From assembly GCA_964016885.1 (NCBI GenBank), contig CAXHJY010001484.1, forward strand, positions 1 through 60,003: 60,003 nucleotides of DNA, given 5' to 3'. The DNA comes from Eledone cirrhosa (lineage: Eukaryota). Below the pieces are notes generated by a model. The model did not search any database and was not told where the DNA came from. It saw nothing but the letters and a program-made list of their open reading frames with translations. Shown one piece after another: positions 32,153 through 42,925 of this stretch (positions are counted from its first letter, which is position 1; each line of letters opens with the position of its first letter). Made by a program: the position numbers and the translations under genes.

Positions 32153-32506
32153 AGGAGGCACATGGCTTAGTGGTTAGAGCATTGGCCTTGCAATCGAAAG
32201 GTTGTGAGTTCAATTCTCAGACCGGGTGATGTGTTGTTTCCTTGAGCAAGGCACTTTATTTCACATTGCTCCAGTTTACTCAGCTGTAGAAATGAGATGA
32301 TAGGGACTGGTGTCCCTATCATTCCACTGTAAAGTGGTCGTGGAGGTGCCACGGCAAAAAAGCACCCAGCACTCACTGTAAATGAGGTTGGTGTTAGGAA
32401 GGGCATCCAGCTGTAGAAATCAAGCCAGCATCAGTTCCCATCCCACCCTTGCAAGCAGGGAAAAAGCGGATGTAAAATGAAATGATGATGAAATGATGAT
32501 GATGAT
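32153..32506 (+). mobile_element. SINE family S1
   Basis: A box TGGCTTAGTGG, B box GAGTTCAATTC, CORE-like ccttgagcaag.cacttta...cagtttactcagctgtagaaatgag, RTE-derived tail. Confidence 0.93.
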
Positions 32507-32774
32507 ACACCAAACATATATATATATATATATATATATATGTTCAAATATATATATATATATATATGTACACCAAATATATATATATATATATATATAT
32601 ATGTTCAAATATATATATATACATATGTACACCAAATATATATATATATATGAATATAGACATAGAATATTCGAAAATATTCTGTATGTTTATAATAAAC
32701 ATTTTGAAGACCTAATCGCTATAGAATAGAATACGTCACGTATTACAATTAGATTCTCGATAAAAGCAAGGGAA

Positions 32775-32817
32775 GTAATCTACGCGTTTCATTCTCGTTA
32801 GAAATCATCAGGACTAC
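32775..32817 (-). ncRNA. Same hammerhead ribozyme in the inverted unit
   Basis: Exact reverse complement of 33189-33231. Confidence 0.85.
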
Positions 32818-33188
32818 ATATCCAGTGCTTTTATCGAGAATGACACAGCTAGAGACTTATAGAATACTTAGCTGTGTACAGGAACTGGTTTGAAAGAGCG
32901 GTTGCCGGTCCGGCAGAAATTAGAAATTGGAATAAATGCTCTGAAATAGCGATATATATGTGAATATAGACATAGAATATTCGAAAATATTCTGTATGTT
33001 TATAATAAACATTTTGAAGACCTAATCGCTATAGAATAGAATACGTCACGTATTACAATTAGATTCTCGATAAAAGCAAGGGAAGTAATCTACGCGTTTC
33101 ATTCTCGTTAGAAATCATCAGTTCCTGTACACAGCTAAGTATTCTATAAGTCTCTAGCTGTGTCATTCTCGATAAAAGCACTGGATAT

Positions 33189-33231
33189 GTAGTCCTGATG
33201 ATTTCTAACGAGAATGAAACGCGTAGATTAC
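33189..33231 (+). ncRNA. Type I hammerhead ribozyme, first of 8 plus-strand copies (+310 bp each, last at 35359-35401)
   Basis: Stem I GUAGUC/GAUUAC; core CUGAUGA; stem II U-UUCU-AACG-AGAA-U; GAAA; palindromic stem III ACGCGU; cleavage triplet GUA (after 33225). Confidence 0.88.
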
Positions 33232-35554
33232 TTCCCTTGCTTTTATCGAGAATCTAATTGTAATACGTGACGTATTCTATTCTATAGCGATTAGGTCTTC
33301 AAAATGTTTATTATAAACATACAGAATATTTTCGAATATTCTATGTCTATATTCACATATATATCGCTATTTCAGAGCATTTATTCCAATTTCTAATTTC
33401 TGCCGGACCGGCAACCGCTCTTTCAAACCAGTTCCTGTACACAGCTAAGTATTCTATAAGTCTCTAGCTGTGTCATTCTCGATAAAAGCACTGGATATGT
33501 AGTCCTGATGATTTCTAACGAGAATGAAACGCGTAGATTACTTCCCTTGCTTTTATCGAGAATCTAATTGTAATACGTGACGTATTCTATTCTATAGCGA
33601 TTAGGTCTTCAAAATGTTTATTATAAACATACAGAATATTTTCGAATATTCTATGTCTATATTCACATATATATCGCTATTTCAGAGCATTTATTCCAAT
33701 TTCTAATTTCTGCCGGACCGGCAACCGCTCTTTCAAACCAGTTCCTGTACACAGCTAAGTATTCTATAAGTCTCTAGCTGTGTCATTCTCGATAAAAGCA
33801 CTGGATATGTAGTCCTGATGATTTCTAACGAGAATGAAACGCGTAGATTACTTCCCTTGCTTTTATCGAGAATCTAATTGTAATACGTGACGTATTCTAT
33901 TCTATAGCGATTAGGTCTTCAAAATGTTTATTATAAACATACAGAATATTTTCGAATATTCTATGTCTATATTCACATATATATCGCTATTTCAGAGCAT
34001 TTATTCCAATTTCTAATTTCTGCCGGACCGGCAACCGCTCTTTCAAACCAGTTCCTGTACACAGCTAAGTATTCTATAAGTCTCTAGCTGTGTCATTCTC
34101 GATAAAAGCACTGGATATGTAGTCCTGATGATTTCTAACGAGAATGAAACGCGTAGATTACTTCCCTTGCTTTTATCGAGAATCTAATTGTAATACGTGA
34201 CGTATTCTATTCTATAGCGATTAGGTCTTCAAAATGTTTATTATAAACATACAGAATATTTTCGAATATTCTATGTCTATATTCACATATATATCGCTAT
34301 TTCAGAGCATTTATTCCAATTTCTAATTTCTGCCGGACCGGCAACCGCTCTTTCAAACCAGTTCCTGTACACAGCTAAGTATTCTATAAGTCTCTAGCTG
34401 TGTCATTCTCGATAAAAGCACTGGATATGTAGTCCTGATGATTTCTAACGAGAATGAAACGCGTAGATTACTTCCCTTGCTTTTATCGAGAATCTAATTG
34501 TAATACGTGACGTATTCTATTCTATAGCGATTAGGTCTTCAAAATGTTTATTATAAACATACAGAATATTTTCGAATATTCTATGTCTATATTCACATAT
34601 ATATCGCTATTTCAGAGCATTTATTCCAATTTCTAATTTCTGCCGGACCGGCAACCGCTCTTTCAAACCAGTTCCTGTACACAGCTAAGTATTCTATAAG
34701 TCTCTAGCTGTGTCATTCTCGATAAAAGCACTGGATATGTAGTCCTGATGATTTCTAACGAGAATGAAACGCGTAGATTACTTCCCTTGCTTTTATCGAG
34801 AATCTAATTGTAATACGTGACGTATTCTATTCTATAGCGATTAGGTCTTCAAAATGTTTATTATAAACATACAGAATATTTTCGAATATTCTATGTCTAT
34901 ATTCACATATATATCGCTATTTCAGAGCATTTATTCCAATTTCTAATTTCTGCCGGACCGGCAACCGCTCTTTCAAACCAGTTCCTGTACACAGCTAAGT
35001 ATTCTATAAGTCTCTAGCTGTGTCATTCTCGATAAAAGCACTGGATATGTAGTCCTGATGATTTCTAACGAGAATGAAACGCGTAGATTACTTCCCTTGC
35101 TTTTATCGAGAATCTAATTGTAATACGTGACGTATTCTATTCTATAGCGATTAGGTCTTCAAAATGTTTATTATAAACATACAGAATATTTTCGAATATT
35201 CTATGTCTATATTCACATATATATCGCTATTTCAGAGCATTTATTCCAATTTCTAATTTCTGCCGGACCGGCAACCGCTCTTTCAAACCAGTTCCTGTAC
35301 ACAGCTAAGTATTCTATAAGTCTCTAGCTGTGTCATTCTCGATAAAAGCACTGGATATGTAGTCCTGATGATTTCTAACGAGAATGAAACGCGTAGATTA
35401 CTTCCCTTGCTTTTATCGAGAATCTAATTGTAATACGTGACGTATTCTATTCTATAGCGATTAGGTCTTCAAAATGTTTATTATAAACATACAGAATATT
35501 TTCGAATATTCTATGTCTATATTCACATATATATCGCTATTTCAGAGCATTTAT

Positions 35555-35560
<6 letters not shown>

Positions 35561-35604
<44 letters not shown>

Positions 35605-36027
35605 CAAATATATATATATATACACCAAATATATATATATATACACCAAATATATATATATATATACACCAAATATATATATATATATACACCAAATATA
35701 TATATATATATACACCAAATATATATATATATATACACCAAATATATATATATACACCAAATATATATATATATACACCAAATATATATATATATATATA
35801 TACACCAAATATATATATATATATACACCAAATATATATATATATATATATATACACCAAATATATATATATATATATACACCAATTATATATATATATA
35901 CACCAAATATATATATATATATATATATATACACCAAATATATATATATATATATATATATACACCAAATATATATATATATATATATATATACACCAAA
36001 TATATATATATATATATATATATATAC

Positions 36028-36062
<35 letters not shown>

Positions 36063-36214
36063 CTAATATATATATATATACACCTAATATATATATATAT
36101 ATATATACCTAATATATATATATATATACACCTAATATATATATATATATACACCTAATATATATATATATACACTAATATATATATATATACACTAATA
36201 TATATATATATACA

Positions 36215-36249
<35 letters not shown>

Positions 36250-36274
36250 CAAATATATATATATATATATACCA
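35561..36274. repeat. Punctuated microsatellite [(TA)n CACCAAA -> CACCTAA -> CACTAA]
   Basis: Direct reading. Confidence 0.95.
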
Positions 36275-36609
36275 CACATGGCTTAGTGGTTAGAGCATTG
36301 GCCTTGCAATCGAAAGGTTGTGAGTTCAATTCTCAGACTGGGTGATGTGTTGTTTCCTTGAGCAAGACACCTTATTTCACATTGCTCTAGTTTACTCAGC
36401 TGTAGAAATGAGATGATAGGGACAGGGGTCCCTATCATTCCACTGCAAAGTGGTCGAGGAGATGCCACGGCAAAAAAGCACCCAGCACTCACTGTAAATG
36501 AGGTTGGTGTTAGGAAGGGCATCCAGCTGTAGAAATCAAGCCAGCATCAGTTCCCGTCCCACCCTTGCAAGCAGGGAAAAAGCGGACGTAAAATGAAATG
36601 AAAATGATA
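36275..36609 (+). mobile_element. SINE family S1
   Basis: Near-identical to 32153-32506, with the first few bases missing. Confidence 0.93.
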
Positions 36610-36638
36610 TATATATATACCAAATATATATATATATA

Positions 36639-36676
<38 letters not shown>

Positions 36677-37392
36677 AAATATATATATATATATACCAAA
36701 TATATATATATATATATATACCAAATATATATATATATATATATACCAAATATATATATATATATATATACCAAATATATATATATATATATATACCAAA
36801 TATATATATATATACCAAATATATATATATATATATATACCAAATATATATACCAAATATATATATATATATACCAAATATATATATCAAATATATATAT
36901 ATATATATATACCAAATATATATATATATATATATACCAAATATAAATATAAATTCAGCGAGAATCACATTTCGGCAGGCAGAAAAAGCGAAACGAAACG
37001 CAAAGATCAGAGTTATGCTGGCAAGCGCTTCATAGTTAAAAAACCAGGGGTAAACAATATGTTAAAATGCTATACAAACTGAAAAAGCGATCAAGAAAGC
37101 ATTAACCACCTAAGCCAAAAAGCAAATCAAGCTAAACAGGTCAAAACAAAATAAATGATAAAAAAACAGACCTGGACCCATTGGAATTGATGGTAAAATC
37201 CAAATGCAGGGTTTCTATGACACCTAAATCAATAATACTGTCTGCTTAAAACTATAAGCTTTAGGTATAATGATCGAACAAGGAATATCACGTTATCAAC
37301 AGGTATTTTGCTCTGTACCAAATTTGTGAATGACAGAACTTCATAAAAGCACATGTTTAATCCACCAAATATATATATATATACCAAATATA

Positions 37393-38243
37393 CAGGGTGC
37401 AGACGATATTTGTTCGTAAGATTACTGTCTAGGAAAAAATAACACAGTAGATTTAAGATTTATTTATCAAACTTGGGTCAGTTTGTCTTCATGACTTGTT
37501 CTTTCGATCTCACTCGATAATCCCGCCATTGGCTTTGATGACGGCCTCAAGGCGGCCTCGGAACCGGCTACAGGCCTTCGTCACTGTCCCCCGACTTAGG
37601 CCCTTAAAGGCACTTGTGATCCTGGCCTTCAGATCGTCTTTTGTATTGCAGCTAGATCTGTTGGTCTCTCATTCCACTGCGCCCCACACAAAGAAGTTGA
37701 GGGGGTTGCAGTCAGGCGAGCTGGGAGGTCAGATGTCAGGTGAAATGTGGTCGACGATATTCTGACAGCCAGGCTTGGGTCTTTCGGCTGGTATGGCAGG
37801 GTGCCGAGTCTTGCTGCCACACGTACGGCCTACCTGCAGCTATCTGGTCGATCCAGGGCTTTACTACCTCGCTCAGAACGCGGATGTAGCCATCGGTGTT
37901 CAGCTTGAAGCCTGCGGGGAAGAAGTGAGGTGGCATGACGTCACCTTGACTGCTGACGACACCTAAGACCAATGTTGTCACTGGAAACTTTGTCTGCATG
38001 ACTCTGGGCATGTCTTTGGATGAGACAGCAAGCCTCCTGTTGTTCTGGGAGTTGATCTTCTGGTCTTGGCAGAAGTTTTTCTCGTCTGAGAAAAACCACA
38101 GCATGTCTGGCTCCAGTGGGTGTTTCAACTTGTTGATCAGCTTCTTTGCATGCTTCAGTCGCTTTTCTTGCATCGCCTTTGACAAAAATTGTCCTTTCCT
38201 CATCTTGTATGAAACGTAGCGAATGTCTTCATGTACCACCAGC
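37393..38243 (-). mobile_element. Tc1/mariner superfamily DD37D (maT-like) transposon, 3' half, transposase pseudogene
   Basis: FSDEKNF...QQDSAPCH...(frameshift)...I*PPSSPDCNPLN gives 37 residues between the second D and the third catalytic position (now N) if one codon is restored at the frameshift; terminus TA|CAGGGTG at 37391. Confidence 0.88.
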
Positions 38244-38496
38244 TATATATATATATATCAAATATATATATCTATCTATATCAAATATATATATATATAT
38301 CTATCTATATCAAATATATATATATATATATCTATCTATATCAAATATATATATATATATATCTATCTATATCAAATATATATATATATATATCTATCTA
38401 TATCAAATATATATATATATATATCTATCTATATCAAATATATATATATATATATCTATCTATATCAAATATATATATATATATATCTATCTATAT

Positions 38497-38533
<37 letters not shown>

Positions 38534-38560
38534 AATATATATATATATATATATATATAT

Positions 38561-38673
<113 letters not shown>

Positions 38674-38696
38674 AATATATATATATATATATATAT

Positions 38697-38727
<31 letters not shown>

Positions 38728-38754
38728 CAAATATATATATATATATATATATAT

Positions 38755-38784
<30 letters not shown>

Positions 38785-38785
<1 letters not shown>

Positions 38786-40113
38786 CATCATCATCATCAT
38801 CATCACCGTTTTACGTCCGTTCTTCCACGCTAGCATGGGTTAGACGGGTTGTCCCGTTGTGGGCAGTGTCTGGTCGGCTGACCATGCCTTGCTCATACAG
38901 GAACTGATCTGGCTTGATTTCTACAGCTGGATGCCCTTCCTAACACCAACCTCATTTACAGTGAGTGCTGGGTGCTTTTTCGTGGCGCCTACACGTCCAC
39001 TTTACAGTGTGGGCTGGGTGCTTTTTTGCCGTGGCACCTCCACGACCACCTTGCGGTGGGGGGGGGGGGCATATTGTTTATATGCTTCAGCATGTACCCA
39101 TGGGAGGTCGGGTACCCTGTATTACTGCGTGACGCCAGAAGTCACGGTCGTGTGTCATTGACTTTGAGAGGTGTAGTTGGGTATGGTCGGCTTTTATCAC
39201 CTCATCCCAAGTCATCTTGGGTCTCCCCACTCCGCGGTTTCCATCAACTTCTAGTGCTCTGCACCTTTTTATGCAGCTGTCATCATTCATACGCATCACA
39301 TGTCCATACCAGCGTAACCGCCTCTCCTGCACGCAGCATTTGATTCCTCTTATGCTCAGTCTCTCTCTCAATTCATTTATGCTTTGTCGTTCACGTATAT
39401 TACTGTTACACATCCATCGGAGCATGCAGGCTTCGTTTCTCTCTAATCTACGTAAGTCTTCCACCTTCAGCGCCCAGGTCTCACTACCATGCAACATCGC
39501 TGTTCGGATACACACATCATACAGTCTGCCTTTCATTCTGAAGGAGAAGCCTTTTGCAGCTAGCAGTGGTAGTAGTTCCCTAAACTTCTTCCATCCCGTT
39601 CTTACCCTAGTTATTGTACTTTCTGAGCACCCACCTCCGTTGCTAATTCGGTCACCTAGGTAGCAGAAGCTGTCTACTGTTTCTACAGGGCCCTCCCAGA
39701 GATTGGTGGTACTTGTTTCCTGTGGCTGTTTGCTTGCTGTTTCAGCACAGCTGCTGCATGTGAATCCTACATTCTTAATTAAGCTTCCTGAGATCCCGCT
39801 ACATCTCTTGTGTACCCATTGTTTGCATTTGGGGCAAAGAATGGAGTTCCTACCTACACCTTTCCTACATACTGAGCAAGGCCATTTCCCTGAGGGGATC
39901 TGGGTTCTGTTTTCTCGTCTACTTATAAGGACCTTAGTCTTTGTCATGTTGACTTTGAGGCCCTTTCTCTCTAGTCCCTGCTTCCAGGTTTGGAATTTAT
40001 TCTCTAGTTCTACCATAGATTCAGCTATGAGTGCGAGGTCATCAGCATACAGGAGTTCCCATGGGCATCCGGTCTTAAACTCCTCCGTTATTGCCTGCAG
40101 GACTATGATGAAC
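38785..40113 (-). mobile_element. RTE family B, 5'-truncated copy
   Basis: Near-identical to 28419-29753; ORF 39087-40016. Confidence 0.95.
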
Positions 40114-40187
40114 TATATATATATATCAAATATATATATATATCAAATATATATATATATATATATCTATATCAAATATATATATAT

Positions 40188-40236
<49 letters not shown>

Positions 40237-40265
40237 ATATCAAATATATATATATATATCTATAT

Positions 40266-40310
<45 letters not shown>

Positions 40311-40361
40311 ATATCAAATATATATATATATATATATATATCTATATCAAATATATATATA

Positions 40362-40843
40362 TAGTGCAGAGCACTAGAAGTTGATGGAAACCGCGGAGTG
40401 GGGAGACCCAAGATGACTTGGGATGAGGTGATAAAAGCCGACCTTACCCAATTACACCTCTCAAAGTCAATGACACACGACCGTGACTTCTGGCGTCACG
40501 CAGTAATACAGGGTACCCGACCTCCCATGGGTACATGCTGAAGCATATAAACAATATGCCCCCCCCCCCCCACCGCAAGGTGGTCGTGGAGGTGCCACGG
40601 CAAAAAAGCACCCAGCCCACACTGTAAAGTGGACGTGTAGGCGCCACGAAAAAGCACCCAGCACTCACTGTAAATGAGGTTGGTGTTAGGAAGGGCATCC
40701 AGCTGTAGATATCAAGCCAGATCAGTTCCTGTATGAGCAAGGCATGGTCAGCCGACCAGACACTGCCCACAACAGGACAACCCGTCTAACCCATGCTAGC
40801 GTGGAAGAACGGACGTAAAACGGTGATGATGATGATGATGATG
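40362..40843 (+). mobile_element. RTE family B, short 5'-truncated copy
   Basis: Reverse complement of the B 3' end, with its own (GAT)n tail. Confidence 0.95.
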
Positions 40844-40855
40844 ATATATCTATAT

Positions 40856-40941
<86 letters not shown>

Positions 40942-40968
40942 AATATATATATATATATATATATATAT

Positions 40969-40999
<31 letters not shown>

Positions 41000-41101
41000 C
41001 AAATATATATATATATATATCTATATCAAATATATATATATATATCTACATCAAATATATATATATATATATATATCTATATCAAATATGTATATATATA
41101 T

Positions 41102-41440
41102 GGAGGCACATGGCTTAGTGGTTAGAGCATTGGCCTTGCAATCGAAAGGTTGTGAGTTCAATTTTCAGACCAGGTGATGAGTTGTTTCCTTGAGCAAGAC
41201 ACTTTATTTCACATTGCTCCAGTTTACTCAGCTGTAGAAATGAGATGATAGGGACCCCAGTCCCTATCATTCCACTGCAAAGTGGTCGTGGAGGTGCCAC
41301 GGCAAAAAAGCACCCAGCACTCACTGTAAATGAGGTTGGTGTTAGGAAGAGCATCAAGCTGGAGAAATCAAGCCAGAATCAGTTCCCGTCCCACCCTTGC
41401 AAGCAGGGAAAAAGCGGACGTAAAATGAAATGATGATGAT
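41102..41440 (+). mobile_element. SINE family S1
   Basis: Near-identical to 32153-32506. Confidence 0.93.
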
Positions 41441-41450
41441 ATATATCTAT

Positions 41451-41501
<51 letters not shown>

Positions 41502-41672
41502 AATATATATATATATATATATCAAATATATATATATATATATATCAAATATATATATATATATATATCAAATATATATATATATATATATCAAATATAT
41601 ATATATATATATCAAATATATATATATATATATATCAAATATATATATATATATATATATCAAATATATATA

Positions 41673-42456
41673 TCATCATCATTTTACGTCCGCTTTTCCC
41701 TGCTTGCAAGGGTGGGACGGGTCTTATTCAGCACAGCATCTCTCCACTCGTCACGGTCCCTCGTCATCTCCACCGTGAGCTTCAATGATCTGAGGTCTGT
41801 TCTCACCACCTCCGCCCATGTTTTTCGTGGTCTACCTCTACCACGTCTTCCTTCAACTGGCATTTCCTGGCACTTCTTCACCCATCGGTCATCCTCCATG
41901 CGCATCACATGTCCATACCACCTCAGTCTCCTCTCCCGTACACAACATTCTATCCCTCTCAGACAGTTTCTCTCTCAACACATTTATGCTGGGTCGTTCA
42001 CGCACATTTACACTGCACATCCAACGGAGCATGCTTGCCTCATTTCTCTCCAGCCGTCGCATATCCTCTGCGGTTGCTGCCCATGTCTCACTACCATGCA
42101 GCATCGCGCTCCTCACACAGGCATCATACAACCGGCCTTTCGTACGCAGGGAGAAACCCTTCTTCGTCAACAGAGGAAGCAGCTCCCTAAACTTCTTCCA
42201 ACCCGTCCTTATTCTAGATACTATGGCCTCGGAACACCCTCCTCCCATGTTAATCTGATCTCCTAGGTACCGGAAGCTATCCACCACTTCTATAGCGCCC
42301 TCTCGCATTTGAAAAATGTGTCTATCTATGCGACTTCTGTCTAATTTCCCTGTACATCTACTGCATACATATTTCTCCCTACCTGTTAGTTTGCCTGCTA
42401 TCCCGCTACATCTCTTGTGTACCCAGGATCTGCATTGTGTGCATTTTATAGAATTT
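41673..42456 (-). mobile_element. RTE LINE family C, 5'-truncated, almost no 3'UTR
   Basis: [16 protein letters not shown]...VCSRC...[11 protein letters not shown]...(frameshift)...KTRPTLASREKRT* followed almost directly by (GAT)n. Confidence 0.9.
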
Positions 42457-42604
42457 ATATATATATATATATATATATATCAAATATATATATATATATA
42501 CATCAAATATATATATATATATACATCAAATATATATATATATATATATATATATCAAATATATATATATATCAAATATATATATATATATATCAAATAT
42601 ATAT

Positions 42605-42645
<41 letters not shown>

Positions 42646-42925
42646 AATATATATATATATATATATATATATCAATATATCAAATATATATATTATATAT
42701 CAATATATCAAATATATATATATATATATATCAATATATCAAATATATATATATATATATATATATCAATATATCAAATATATATATATATATATATATA
42801 TCAATATATCAAATATATATATATATATATATATCAATATATCAAATATATATATATATATATATATCAATATATCAAATATATATATATATATATATAT
42901 CAATATATCAAATATATATATATAT

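Larger units (their letters stand above)
32650..35560 (+). mobile_element. 310-bp tandem array with a hammerhead ribozyme in each unit (non-LTR retrozyme-like): ~7.9 direct units (33121-35560) preceded by ~1.5 inverted units (32650-33121)
   Basis: Unit starts at 33121, 33431, 33741, 34051, 34361, 34671, 34981 and 35291; copies look identical by eye; no ORF; flanked by (TA)n. Confidence 0.9.

Noticed and set aside
32153-32228. tRNA gene
   Set aside because: It is the tRNA-derived head of a SINE, continuing into the CORE-like block and LINE tail in every copy
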